Assembly: GCA_945648485.1 (NCBI GenBank)
Contig: CALZFR010000001.1
Span: forward strand, 1-36,914
Origin: an uncultured Eubacterium sp.
GTDB taxonomy: Bacteria; Bacillota; Clostridia; Lachnospirales; Lachnospiraceae
DNA: 36,914 nt
Reading direction: 5' to 3'
Shown: positions 1-10,379 of the stretch, in pieces
How positions within the stretch are numbered: position 1 is the first letter of the stretch
Layout: each line of letters starts with the position of its first letter
Program-made: the position numbers and the translations under genes
Notes under the pieces: model-generated
Seen by the model: only the letters and a program-made list of their open reading frames with translations
Told to the model about the DNA's origin: nothing
The model's database searches: none

Positions 1-65
1 AAATAGAGTATGTGTCAATATATTTTGTTAATAATAAATATACCAAACAAGTGTTCTAAAAACTA

Positions 66-94
66 TTGTATTATTCTTTGATGTAATGTATAAT
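66..94 (+). promoter_or_regulatory. Putative sigma-A promoter of the ABC transporter pair
   Basis: TTGTAT-17 bp-TATAAT upstream of an AGGAG RBS; the region is very AT-rich, so a chance match is possible. Confidence 0.45.
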
Positions 95-129
95 AAAATA
101 AAGTCATCACAATACATAGGAGAAGATGA

Positions 130-1863
130 ATGAGGAGTAACATATTCAGCAGACTGGTAAAGAATAATATATTATGGTTTCTTTTAGAGATAATTAGTGC
201 ATATATTGCGGCTAAAGCACTTGTTCTTGGTAATAATAAGATATCTGATGCCATTGATGCTCTCTTTAATGGAAACCTCTCTGGCTGTATTAATATAGAA
301 TTCTGGATTTATGTGGTTATACTTATAGCATTGTCATTTATATTTACTTATATTCAGGTTATGGCAACGAGAATATTTGCTGCTAATATTCAGACAGGAT
401 TCAGAAAAGAGGCAGGACAGCAGCTGCTTAGAATACAGTTTAAGTATTTTGATTCCCACACTTCAGCAAGAGTTCTCAATAACTTTATTGATGACGTAAC
501 CAGAATGTCCGAGTATTATTCAGATATTCTCCCCTCGATGGTGACATCCATAATTACAATAGCTACAATTCTGGTTTCGCTGATTCAGATAGATTATATA
601 CTGACAATCATTCTTTTATTTGTAGTTCCTTTTATGATAATAGTATCAAGATTTACTGGAGGTATGGTATCAAAGCTGACAAGGAAGCATGCCAAGCTTC
701 ATGATGAGATTAATGAACTGGCATATGATGCTTTAAGTGGTATCCAGGTGGTAAAAAGCTTTGGTCTTGAGGAACATTTTAAAAGTAAGATAAAAGATAC
801 TAACAAAAAGATACTTAAGTTTGAATACAGAAGGAATGCAATATCTTCTATTGCATGGATTACTTCTGAACTCTTAAGATATTCACCACAGGTTATTCTT
901 GGAATTGCTGCATTCTTCAGGGTAAGAGCAGGGTTCTTGTCTATTGGTGATATGTCAGTTTTTCTTCTTTTATTAAACAGAATTGTGTCGCCTCTGGGAA
1001 TGCTGCCTAACTATTATATTGAGGCTAAGATTGATCTTGTATCTAAGCACAGATTAGAGGAGCTAATGGGATTTCCCGATGAAGGACAGAATGCTTGTAT
1101 TGAGGAACAAGGCATACAGCAGGAACAGGAAGAGGATATCGCCGTAAGCTTTAAGAATGTTTCATTTTCCTATGATTCCAGTGTACAGGTGTTGTCTGAT
1201 TTTAACCTTGATGTCCGGAATGGTCAGAATATTGCATTTGTGGGAGAGTCAGGTGGAGGAAAAAGCACTATATTTAAACTGATATGCGGATTATATGAGG
1301 CAGACAGCGGACATATCAGCTTATTTGGGAAGGATATGGGTAAGTGTTCGTTAGATGATTTAAGAAAAGATATTGCAATTGTATCACAGGATACATTTTT
1401 GTTTCCTTACAGCATAGCCTGGAATATAGCATGTGGAGATGATAATCCCGATATGGACAGGATTCAGGCATGCTGCATAATGGCAAGAATTCATGATGAT
1501 ATAATGGCCATGCCTTCCGGATATGAGACTAATGTTGGAGAGAGAGGAGACCTTATATCGGGAGGACAGAAGCAGAGGATAGCCATTGCAAGGGCTCTGT
1601 ACAAGAATGCAAAGCTTATATTGTTTGATGAACCTACTGCATCTGTAGATGTGGATAATGAGAATCAGATTAAGCTCGCTTTGGATAATATTAAGAATCA
1701 ATGTACTGTCATTACAATTGCCCACAGGCTTAATACAATAATTGACGCAGATTGTATATATGTGCTTCACAGGGGCAGGATTGTGGAGAGTGGGACACAT
1801 GATGAACTTATGAAACTTAACCAGGTATACAGCAGTCTGTACAGTATGTCAGTAAGCGATTAA
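130..1863 (+). CDS. ABC exporter, fused permease/ATP-binding subunit (half transporter)
   Basis: N-terminal TM helices; Walker A GESGGGKST, Q-loop VSQD, signature ISGGQKQR, Walker B LILFDE, H-loop IAHR. Confidence 0.93.
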   Translation: MRSNIFSRLVKNNILWFLLEIISAYIAAKALVLGNNKISDAIDALFNGNLSGCINIEFWIYVVILIALSFIFTYIQVMATRIFAANIQTGFRKEAGQQLLRIQFKYFDSHTSARVLNNFIDDVTRMSEYYSDILPSMVTSIITIATILVSLIQIDYILTIILLFVVPFMIIVSRFTGGMVSKLTRKHAKLHDEINELAYDALSGIQVVKSFGLEEHFKSKIKDTNKKILKFEYRRNAISSIAWITSELLRYSPQVILGIAAFFRVRAGFLSIGDMSVFLLLLNRIVSPLGMLPNYYIEAKIDLVSKHRLEELMGFPDEGQNACIEEQGIQQEQEEDIAVSFKNVSFSYDSSVQVLSDFNLDVRNGQNIAFVGESGGGKSTIFKLICGLYEADSGHISLFGKDMGKCSLDDLRKDIAIVSQDTFLFPYSIAWNIACGDDNPDMDRIQACCIMARIHDDIMAMPSGYETNVGERGDLISGGQKQRIAIARALYKNAKLILFDEPTASVDVDNENQIKLALDNIKNQCTVITIAHRLNTIIDADCIYVLHRGRIVESGTHDELMKLNQVYSSLYSMSVSD

Positions 1864-1888
1864 AAGTGTATGCGGAATGGGGATTAAT

Positions 1889-3592
1889 ATGAAGAATTAT
1901 AATACATTAAGAAAGCTTATAGTTAAATTTCAGGGATGGCGTGCGATACTGTATTTTGGTGCCATCATTGGCATGGGCGTAATTGATGGAATCACCGCTG
2001 TGCTTGTATCACGTATTCTAGGAATAATTACAGATGCTGCGGTGGCAGGCAAATCATTCTGGGATACTAATATTGTCCAGCTGATTCTTATTGTACTTTT
2101 CATTAAGCTTGGAATTGGAGTGTTTTTGTCAGTTGGTTATAACAACGAAGCTAAAAGGACAGGAGCTAATATGAGAAATATTGTTTTCTCTAAAGCACTG
2201 TGCCTTCCTGTTGAATTCTATGAGAAAAACCACACTGGTGATTTTATGGCGAAGCTTACATATGATACGGATATGGCTTCAGGAGTGTTTGGTTCAAGAA
2301 TAAGAAGGGTTTTAATGCCGGTTATTCTGGTATGTGTATGTACAGTTCCTATGTTTATTATGTGCCCTCCTGTTATGGCTGGTTTATTTGTATTGTGCGT
2401 TATTTCTCTTACGCTTAATTTCTTAATGATACCCCTTATGAAGAAATACAGCAGGAAGATATCAGAAGATAATAAGGTAATAAGTGAATCTGTAACAGAT
2501 ATGTTACAGGGTATGGAAACCATAAGAATGTATCCACTTAAATCTGTTATCAGTAACAATCTCAATAAAGCTTCGGAAAGCTGTGGGCGTAATACTAAAA
2601 AGCAGGGAAGCCTGGAAGCGATGGTTGCCAGTGTGAGAGCTGCATTTGATCTTCTCGGTTCAGTGGCATTCCTTGCTCTTGGAATAATATATATACAGAA
2701 GAATAATGGCAATATTGGTAATCTGATTTCACTGTATGCGCTGTATGGAACATTTCAGTACAATTTTCTGTTGATGGGGCAGTATATACCAAGTCTTGCC
2801 AGCCACCTTGTTAATGCCGAAAGAGTTCTGAATTTTCTGGAACTGCCGGAGGAGAATCTTGCTGGGGCACCCGGTATTTATCCCGATATGAAACCTGCAA
2901 ATGGCAATAATCCTAATGGATGTAATATTGACAAAGTAAGTCCGGATAATGGAATTGAAGAAATCAGACTTGATAATATTACATTTAGATATGAAGGCAA
3001 AGAGGATAATGTGTTTGATAATTTCAGCCTGTCATTTAAAAAGGGTATAAGCTATGCTGTTGTTGGAGAGTCTGGGAGAGGTAAAAGTACTCTTATTAAG
3101 CTTTTAGAGGGCTTTTATTCCCTTAAGGGCGGGGAGATACTGTTTGATAACATAAGCAGTAAGGAACTTGGTTTGGGGAAAGTGAGAAGCCTTATTGCTT
3201 ATATTCCTCAGGAGCCTTATATGTACAGGGATACAGTATATAACAATATCTGCAATGGTAAACCGGGTGCCACTGGTAAAGAGGTTATAGATGCCGCAAA
3301 AGCTGCCAACGCCCATGATTTTATAATGAGACTGGATAAGGGCTATGATACTGTCCTTGGGGAAAGGGGCAACACTTTATCCGGCGGTCAGAAGCAGCGT
3401 CTGGCTATTGCCAGAGCCATACTAAAGGATGCACCAATAATCATTCTTGATGAAGCTACGTCTGCTCTTGATAATGAGTCGGAGAAGTTAATACAGCAGT
3501 CAATTATGCAGTATAAGAAGAATAAGATTATAATCATGGTAGCACATCGTCCGTCAACAATTGCAACAGCAGATGTGGTAGTAGAAATATGA
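1889..3592 (+). CDS. ABC exporter, fused permease/ATP-binding subunit (probable heterodimer partner)
   Basis: TM domain; GESGRGKST, LSGGQKQR, IIILDE, VAHR. Start is 1889 (GGGGA RBS) or 1877. Confidence 0.92.
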   Translation: MKNYNTLRKLIVKFQGWRAILYFGAIIGMGVIDGITAVLVSRILGIITDAAVAGKSFWDTNIVQLILIVLFIKLGIGVFLSVGYNNEAKRTGANMRNIVFSKALCLPVEFYEKNHTGDFMAKLTYDTDMASGVFGSRIRRVLMPVILVCVCTVPMFIMCPPVMAGLFVLCVISLTLNFLMIPLMKKYSRKISEDNKVISESVTDMLQGMETIRMYPLKSVISNNLNKASESCGRNTKKQGSLEAMVASVRAAFDLLGSVAFLALGIIYIQKNNGNIGNLISLYALYGTFQYNFLLMGQYIPSLASHLVNAERVLNFLELPEENLAGAPGIYPDMKPANGNNPNGCNIDKVSPDNGIEEIRLDNITFRYEGKEDNVFDNFSLSFKKGISYAVVGESGRGKSTLIKLLEGFYSLKGGEILFDNISSKELGLGKVRSLIAYIPQEPYMYRDTVYNNICNGKPGATGKEVIDAAKAANAHDFIMRLDKGYDTVLGERGNTLSGGQKQRLAIARAILKDAPIIILDEATSALDNESEKLIQQSIMQYKKNKIIIMVAHRPSTIATADVVVEI

Positions 3593-3816
3593 TTTTTGTG
3601 GCAAAAGCCCGGCAGTATCAGCCTGCTCGATTGTCTGATAATAAGTAAAACAGGAAAGGTAAAGAATTAGGCAGACGAAAAGGCAGATGAAAAGCCTAAG
3701 GAAGTGTTGATTTATTTTCATTAATGATATAAAATAAATGTATCTTGACAACACTGTTCTTCAGTCAGTGGGGACTATGGTGAACAGGTGTAATATTATT
3801 ATCAAGGGGGTTCGTA

Positions 3817-4620
3817 ATGGACAGATTAAAAGACAAAGTTGCTATTGTAACAGGTTCAACAAGTGGAATCGGAATCGGAATTGCACGTTTATTTGCAGCA
3901 GAGGGTGCAAAGGTAGTTATCTGTGGACGCCGTCAGGAAAAGGGTCAGGCAGTGGTAGATGAAATCGCTAAAGATGGTGGAGAAGCATATTATCACTTCA
4001 TGGATATTACTGACACAGACAGCATTGATAAGCTTATGGCAGATACTGTTGAAAAGTATGGCAAGATTGATGTTCTTGTTAATAATGCTGCTAATGTAGG
4101 TCTTAAGGATGGCCGTGTTGATGAACTGACTATTGAGATGTGGGATGCAGTGTTTAACAGTGATATGAGAGGAACTTTCTATACTACAAAGTGTGTTCTT
4201 CCATACATGACTAAGAATGAGGCAGGTGGATCAATTATTAATATTGGTTCTATGGCTTCATGTGGCGGTGACCTTGGTTCAACAGCTTATGCATGTGCTA
4301 AGGCTGGAGTAGATATGCTCACAAAGTCAACAGCTCTGCAGTATGGCAAGCAGAATATCCGTTGTAACTGTGTTCGTCCAGGTCTTATTGTTACTCCACA
4401 GAACGAGGCACATGTACCTCAGGCATTAAAGGATATTTTCTTAAGCAATATTATGGTTAACCGTTATGGTTGTCCAGAGGATATTGGACATATGTGTGTT
4501 TACCTTGCTTCTGATGAGAGCAGCTATGTAAGCGGACAGGTTGTAAATGTAGATGGTGGTATGAATTCACACGTTCCTACAGTTGCCCAGTTTAAAGAAT
4601 TAAACTCACGTACATGGTAG
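3817..4620 (+). CDS. SDR-family NAD(P)-dependent oxidoreductase, hydroxysteroid dehydrogenase-like
   Basis: TGSTSGIG Rossmann motif, NNA, catalytic YACAK, VDGG; AAGGGGG RBS. Confidence 0.9.
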   Translation: MDRLKDKVAIVTGSTSGIGIGIARLFAAEGAKVVICGRRQEKGQAVVDEIAKDGGEAYYHFMDITDTDSIDKLMADTVEKYGKIDVLVNNAANVGLKDGRVDELTIEMWDAVFNSDMRGTFYTTKCVLPYMTKNEAGGSIINIGSMASCGGDLGSTAYACAKAGVDMLTKSTALQYGKQNIRCNCVRPGLIVTPQNEAHVPQALKDIFLSNIMVNRYGCPEDIGHMCVYLASDESSYVSGQVVNVDGGMNSHVPTVAQFKELNSRTW

Positions 4621-4713
4621 TTTGAGGTGCTTTAGGATTGCGTGAGTGTGTTAACATGGAGCAATCCGTGGTATCAGGGTTTATAACTTAATATACAACA
4701 TAATAGACTTTCA

Positions 4714-4759
4714 AAGTGTGTATCTGGCGGCAATAATGCCAGATACACACTTCTTTATT
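4714..4759 (+). terminator. Intrinsic terminator after the SDR gene
   Basis: Perfect 15-bp stem AAGTGTGTATCTGGC / GCCAGATACACACTT with a 9-nt loop, followed by CTTTATT. Confidence 0.8.
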
Positions 4760-4946
4760 AATTGGATGTGAAAAGCAGGAAAAAACAGCAAATAATGAAA
4801 AAAGTAGGTATAAAATAGTTACATAGTTTTGCGATTTGTGCTAGAATGTTATCGGTTTATATGCGTGATTTAACAATTATTTTTAAGATTGTCTGCGATG
4901 GATTTAACAGATTATATCAGGATAAGAGGCAGGGGAGGATACATTT

Positions 4947-6935
4947 ATGGTAGATAAGAGGAAAAGCCAAAATTATTTTGGAAGTATTAAAGGTAAGATA
5001 ATTTCATGTGCTGTGATATGTATTGTAATTATTATTGCAGCTACAGCTGTTATTAACAGCCTTGTATTGAGAAAAGCACTGATAACTAGTCAGGAGAACC
5101 TTCTTATTGAACAGGCTGAACTTAACAGCCAGATTATTGATGAATGGATTGTCAAGCAGGGAAATATCGTTGTTGCAATGAAGAATGCTCTGGTTACAAT
5201 GGATAGAACTAATGAGAATGCCATAATGGATTTCCTTAATTCTAATCTTAAGGAGAATGAAGATGCCCTTATGTACTATTGCTGCTTTGGCTATAATGGG
5301 GGAGTTCTCCCTGCCAATCGTGCAAAGCTTGACCTTGACCCATCTACAAGAAGCTGGTGGAAGGATGCTGTCAGCAAAGGAAGCCTCATATATACAGCTC
5401 CTTATACTGATTTTGCAACAGGTCAGATGATCGTTTCAATGGCTGTTCCATTTAAAATGGCTGGAGAGCAGGCATGTGTTCTTGCTGATATTACAATTGA
5501 CAGTATAATTGCCATGGTAAAGGGAGTGAGTACAGATGAGAATGTGCAGACCTTCCTTCTTGCTGATGACGGAAGTGTAATTATTCACAGCAATGAAGAT
5601 TATCTTCCAAAGGAGAGTGGTAATACCATTCTTGCTGATGTTGTAAAGTTGGATTTGTCTAGTGATAAGGTTACAACATTTAAGGATTATGATAACATAT
5701 CAAAATATCTTTCTGTCCGGAAAACAGAAACTACCGGATGGAAGCTTGGAATTACCAAGAATACATCGGTAATTAACAGAGAGATAGGTCAGAACCTTAT
5801 TCTGCCTATTATCGCAGACCTGGTGCTTCTGATTGTTTCTGTTATTATCCTTAATATTGAGATTGCAGTGCTTCTTAAGCCTATGAATAACATGAAGGAA
5901 TTCGTGAAGAATAAAGTTATTGGTGCTGAGAACTGCCGACAGGAGAAGTCAGAGGTAAAGGAAATAAGTTATCTTATTGAAGAACTGGAGAACAGGGTTG
6001 TTTCTACAATTCGTTCAACCCAGGAGGAAACAGTCCGTATTCAGGATATGATGTCCAAGACAAGTGGACGAATATCTTATATGAATGAGAACATTATGGA
6101 GATTGGTGCTGCAATGGAGGAAACAGGTGCCAGTGTATCTGAACAGACCGATTCTATTAAAGACATTAATGATACATGTAAGAGAGTATCTGACCAGATT
6201 GATGATTTAAGAAGAAATGCAGATACAATCACCCAGAGAGCAGGAGAGATTATTTCAAGAGTTGAAAAAATTGTTCCTGAAATGATTAACAATAAAAATG
6301 ATGCAATCTCCGTTACAAGAGAAAGCAGAAGCAAACTGGAAGCAGCTATTGAAGGAACAAAGATTATTGAGCAGATTGCTGATGTTTCAAGGGCAATCAG
6401 TGAGATTGCATCCCAGACGAACCTTCTGTCTCTTAACGCTTCTATTGAGGCAGCAAGAGCAGGAGAGAGTGGAAAGGGATTTGCTGTAGTTGCTGAAGAG
6501 ATTAAGAAATTAAGTGAGACAACCGGCAGTGAGATAGAGAAGGTTAATGGCCTGATTTCAAGAGTTATGCAGAGTGTGTCAGAACTTTCAGAGGCAAGTA
6601 ACGGCATTATAGTATTTCTTGATGATGTAATTATGAAGGATTATGACAAGATGGAAGTACTTGCTGACAGTTACAAGAATGATGCTTCTTTCTATGCTGA
6701 TGTAAGCAGTGATTTTGGTAACAGGACAGCCAGATTAAATGATGCCATTTCAGAGATTAATAAAATTATGGAGGGAATTAATATTTCCCAGAGTGAGATG
6801 GATGATGCAGTGCGGTCAGTGAATGAGAATCTCCAGCAGATTACTAATGCCAGTGAGAATGTGGCTCATGAAACAACAGAAGTTATCGGAAGCATCGAGA
6901 TATTAAAGACTACAGTTGGAAGATTCAATATATAG
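4947..6935 (+). CDS. Methyl-accepting chemotaxis protein with Cache-type sensor domain
   Basis: Two TM segments flank an extracellular domain with the RSWWK...[16 protein letters not shown] Cache motif; signalling hairpin [36 protein letters not shown]; GGAGG RBS. Confidence 0.95.
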   Translation: MVDKRKSQNYFGSIKGKIISCAVICIVIIIAATAVINSLVLRKALITSQENLLIEQAELNSQIIDEWIVKQGNIVVAMKNALVTMDRTNENAIMDFLNSNLKENEDALMYYCCFGYNGGVLPANRAKLDLDPSTRSWWKDAVSKGSLIYTAPYTDFATGQMIVSMAVPFKMAGEQACVLADITIDSIIAMVKGVSTDENVQTFLLADDGSVIIHSNEDYLPKESGNTILADVVKLDLSSDKVTTFKDYDNISKYLSVRKTETTGWKLGITKNTSVINREIGQNLILPIIADLVLLIVSVIILNIEIAVLLKPMNNMKEFVKNKVIGAENCRQEKSEVKEISYLIEELENRVVSTIRSTQEETVRIQDMMSKTSGRISYMNENIMEIGAAMEETGASVSEQTDSIKDINDTCKRVSDQIDDLRRNADTITQRAGEIISRVEKIVPEMINNKNDAISVTRESRSKLEAAIEGTKIIEQIADVSRAISEIASQTNLLSLNASIEAARAGESGKGFAVVAEEIKKLSETTGSEIEKVNGLISRVMQSVSELSEASNGIIVFLDDVIMKDYDKMEVLADSYKNDASFYADVSSDFGNRTARLNDAISEINKIMEGINISQSEMDDAVRSVNENLQQITNASENVAHETTEVIGSIEILKTTVGRFNI

Positions 6936-6978
6936 AGATCATAATATAACAGTCATAAGGGTTTAGGAAATAAAGAAA

Positions 6979-8277
6979 ATGATTAATCTTATAAAAAGAC
7001 AGTCTCCAGCCAGACTTATTGCATTGGGATTCATATCCCTGATATTAATCGGGTCAATACTTCTGAGGCTTCCATTCTGCGTAAAGGAAGGAGTACATTT
7101 AAGCTATATTGATTCCCTGTATACATCAACAAGCGCTGTATGTGTAACAGGACTTATAGCAGTAGATGCAGGTGATACATTTACACCATTAGGACAGATG
7201 ATTCTGGGTCTTCTTATGCAGACCGGAGGACTTGGTGTAACCACAGTTGGAGCAGGTCTTATGCTGCTTATGCGCAAGAAGGTTGACCTAAAGGAGAGGA
7301 CTCTGGTTAAGGAAGCACTGAATGTGGATTCTGGAAAAGGACTGATAATCCTTGTTAAAAGGATATTCATTGTCACCATAGTGTTTGAGACAGCAGGTGC
7401 GCTTTTAAGCCTTTTAGTATTTATACAAGACTATCCTTTTCCCAAGGCTCTTGGCATAAGTATTTTTCATTCTGTTGCAGCCTTTAACAACGCAGGCTTT
7501 GATATTCTGGGTAATTTCCAGAGTCTTGTTAATTACAGCGACAGTATAATGCTGAATATTGTAACATGCTTTCTTATCTTTTTTGGAGGTATAGGATTTC
7601 TTGTTATATGGGAGCTTCTTGAGAAGAAATGCAGATGGAAAAAGCTTTCAATGCATGCAAAGATTGTTTTGTCTGTAAGTGGAGTGCTTATAGTTGTGGG
7701 AACGGTGTTAATCAAGGCTACCGAGAATGTATCATGGATGGGTGCTGTGTTTAACAGCATATCAGCCAGAACAGCAGGATTTTCCACATATTCCCTGGCA
7801 GGATTCTCTAAATCAGGACTTCTTGTGATTATGATTCTTATGTTTATTGGTTCATCACCTGGTTCTACAGGTGGTGGTATTAAGACTACTACATTTTTCG
7901 TTCTTCTTCAGGGAATCAGGTCATCTGCCACAAATACATCTGAGAAAGCATTTCATTACTCAATTCCTAAAGATGCCTATAAAAAAGCATCAGTTATAGC
8001 TCTTATCGCTGCAAGTGTAATACTTGTAGGAACTTATCTGATGGGAATATTTGAGCCAGATGTGGATTTCTTCGATGTTTTCTTTGAAGTTACAAGTGCC
8101 TATGGTACAGTTGGCCTGTCTACAGGAATTACTCCGGGGTTAAGTGTGCCAAGCAAGCTTCTTTCAATTATTATTATGTATATTGGAAGACTGGGGCCAT
8201 GGACAGTGGCAACCCTGTGGCATTTTTCAAAGGGAGAGCGTGTCAGCTTTCCAGAGGGAAATATTTCAATTGGATAA
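6979..8277 (+). CDS. ktrB: Ktr/Trk potassium uptake membrane subunit (KtrB/TrkH)
   Basis: Four pore-loop motifs SAVCVTG, AAFNNAG, SARTAG, SAYGTVG; GSTGGGIKTTT; MYIGRLGP. Confidence 0.92.
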   Translation: MINLIKRQSPARLIALGFISLILIGSILLRLPFCVKEGVHLSYIDSLYTSTSAVCVTGLIAVDAGDTFTPLGQMILGLLMQTGGLGVTTVGAGLMLLMRKKVDLKERTLVKEALNVDSGKGLIILVKRIFIVTIVFETAGALLSLLVFIQDYPFPKALGISIFHSVAAFNNAGFDILGNFQSLVNYSDSIMLNIVTCFLIFFGGIGFLVIWELLEKKCRWKKLSMHAKIVLSVSGVLIVVGTVLIKATENVSWMGAVFNSISARTAGFSTYSLAGFSKSGLLVIMILMFIGSSPGSTGGGIKTTTFFVLLQGIRSSATNTSEKAFHYSIPKDAYKKASVIALIAASVILVGTYLMGIFEPDVDFFDVFFEVTSAYGTVGLSTGITPGLSVPSKLLSIIIMYIGRLGPWTVATLWHFSKGERVSFPEGNISIG

Positions 8278-8333
8278 TGAGTATTTTAGAAATATTGTAA
8301 TTAATAGCTCAGATTAGGGAGATGGAGAGTGCT

Positions 8334-9011
8334 ATGTTAATAAATAACAGAAAAAAAGAAAAGATAACTTACGGAATAGTGGGACTGGGAAGATTCGGTG
8401 AATCCCTTGCTCTCGCCCTTGCAGAGAGTGGAGCAGACCTTGTTGTAATTGACAGGGATGAAGAAAAAGTTAGAAAAATGCGGGAATATACAGAGAACGC
8501 ATATATTGTCCAGAATCTTGACAAAAAGACTCTGTATGACACAGGAATACAGAATTGTGATGTGGCGGTAGTCTGCATTGGTGAGCACCTTGATATATCT
8601 ATTCTCACTACACTTAATCTGGTTGGAATGGGGATTAAGAGGGTTATTGCCAAGGCTAATGGTCCGGAACATGGTGAAATATTAGAAAAACTGGGAGCAG
8701 AGGTGGTATTTCCAGAGAAGGATATGGCAGTAAGACTCGCCACAAGACTTGAGACATCAAGAGTACTGGATATAGTTAATTTCAGTGAGAAGATTAATAT
8801 TTCAAAAATGTATGTCCCTGATATTTTTGTGGGAAAAAATGTTGTGGATGCCAATCTTAGAAGCAGATTCAATATTAATATTATAGCTGTAGAAAATAAA
8901 GGCGATGTCCTTGAAACAGTTACACCGGATTATGTATTCAGGGATGGAGATATTCTGTATCTTTCAGGAAGCAGAGAAGGCCTCGGAAAGCTCTCAGAAT
9001 GGTTGGAGTAG
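8334..9011 (+). CDS. ktrA: Ktr/Trk potassium uptake regulatory RCK subunit (KtrA/TrkA)
   Basis: GLGRFG nucleotide-binding motif; RCK_N plus RCK_C length; follows ktrB. Start is 8334 (GGAG RBS) or 8322. Confidence 0.92.
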   Translation: MLINNRKKEKITYGIVGLGRFGESLALALAESGADLVVIDRDEEKVRKMREYTENAYIVQNLDKKTLYDTGIQNCDVAVVCIGEHLDISILTTLNLVGMGIKRVIAKANGPEHGEILEKLGAEVVFPEKDMAVRLATRLETSRVLDIVNFSEKINISKMYVPDIFVGKNVVDANLRSRFNINIIAVENKGDVLETVTPDYVFRDGDILYLSGSREGLGKLSEWLE

Positions 9012-9012
9012 T

Positions 9013-10347
9013 ATGGAAAAAAACTGGACAAAAGGTGGTGTGTTTAAGAGTATAGTCTTTTTCTCACTGCCTTATCTTTTATCATATTTTTTGCAGACTC
9101 TTTATGGAGTAGCGGATCTTTTTATTATAGGCCAATTTACAGGCTCAGACATGATTACTGCGGTTTCCAATGGAAGCCAGATCATGCACATGGTTACAGT
9201 TATTATTGTGGGACTTGCCATGGGAGCAACAGTCACAATAGGAAAAGCAGTGGGAGGGGATGACTTGAAAGGTGCATCTTCTTACATTGGTAATTCAGTC
9301 ACTCTTTTTCTGGGGTTGTCTGTGGCTGCAACGGCTGTTCTTCTTATATCAGTGAGAGGTATTGTCTCACTGCTGTCAACTCCTGCAGAAGCCTGTGAAG
9401 CAACCGTTTTATATCTTATTATCTGCTTTGCAGGTATTCCAGCTGTTACGGCCTATAATGTAATAAGTTCCATATTCAGGGGACTTGGCGATTCGAAAAG
9501 TCCTATGTATTTCATTGCCATAGCATGCCTTGTTAATGTTGTACTGGATTACATACTGGTTGGACTATTGGGAATGGGGGCAGCAGGAGCAGCCCTTGCC
9601 ACTACAATAGCCCAGACAGTAAGCGTTATTATCTCACTTATATTCATAACCGGGAAAAAGACGGGAATTTCTCTTGCTAAGAGTGATTTTAAGCCTGATA
9701 AGAATGTTATGGGACAGATTATGAAGATAGGTGTTCCTGTTGCATGTCAGGATGGCTTTATCCAGATTTCATTTATTGTGATAACAATAATTGCCAACAT
9801 GCGTGGATTAGACACAGCTGCAGCAGTTGGAATCGTTGAAAAGATAATCAGTGCAGCCTTCATTGTACCATCGTCAATGCTTGCTTCTGTATCAGCCCTT
9901 GCATCCCAGAATATTGGTGCAGGAAGAAAAGACAGGGCGGATAAAACCCTTTTCTATGCAATACTGATTTCTATTGTTTATGGAATTATTGTAGCTGGAA
10001 TTGTGGAGCTTATGCCAGAAACAGTTGTCGGCATATTTACTAAAGAAGCACCAGTAATTATGCTTGGAGGCCAGTATATCCGTGGATACATTACAGACTG
10101 CCTGTTTGCTGGAATACATTTTTGTTTTACAGGATATTTCTGCGCCTGTGGAAAGTCATATATTGGATTTATACATAATCTATGTTCAATACTGATTGTA
10201 AGAGTTCCCGGTTCCTATCTGGCGTCTGTATTTTTTCCAGAAACCCTTCTTCCAATGGGATTTGCAGCCCCAGCAGGCTCCGTCCTCTCAATCATCATCT
10301 GTGTTGCAGCATTCCTGATTTTACACAGAAAGAATGTTAAGATGTAA
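9013..10347 (+). CDS. MATE-family efflux transporter
   Basis: About 12 TM helices; LQTLYGVAD, FRGLGDSKSPM, GAAGAALAT motifs. ATG at 9013 has a GGAG RBS and lies 1 nt after the ktrA stop. Confidence 0.92.
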   Translation: MEKNWTKGGVFKSIVFFSLPYLLSYFLQTLYGVADLFIIGQFTGSDMITAVSNGSQIMHMVTVIIVGLAMGATVTIGKAVGGDDLKGASSYIGNSVTLFLGLSVAATAVLLISVRGIVSLLSTPAEACEATVLYLIICFAGIPAVTAYNVISSIFRGLGDSKSPMYFIAIACLVNVVLDYILVGLLGMGAAGAALATTIAQTVSVIISLIFITGKKTGISLAKSDFKPDKNVMGQIMKIGVPVACQDGFIQISFIVITIIANMRGLDTAAAVGIVEKIISAAFIVPSSMLASVSALASQNIGAGRKDRADKTLFYAILISIVYGIIVAGIVELMPETVVGIFTKEAPVIMLGGQYIRGYITDCLFAGIHFCFTGYFCACGKSYIGFIHNLCSILIVRVPGSYLASVFFPETLLPMGFAAPAGSVLSIIICVAAFLILHRKNVKM

Positions 10348-10379
10348 TTTATTCCATAATATATTCATGGACGCTACGT

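Noticed and set aside
3595-3700. Possible c-di-GMP-I riboswitch (GGCAAA start; GCCGGG..TGCC on the minus strand)
   Set aside because: The GNRA P2 hairpin, GCAAA junction and tetraloop receptor are not present in order on either strand
4635-4667. GGATTGC...GCAATCC hairpin in the SDR 3' UTR as a possible sRNA
   Set aside because: Only a 7-bp stem and no promoter evidence; an ordinary 3' UTR structure is sufficient
8905-9012. N-terminal extension of the MATE ORF in the ORF track
   Set aside because: Overlaps ktrA; the ATG at 9013 has a proper RBS and gives a normal MATE N-terminus
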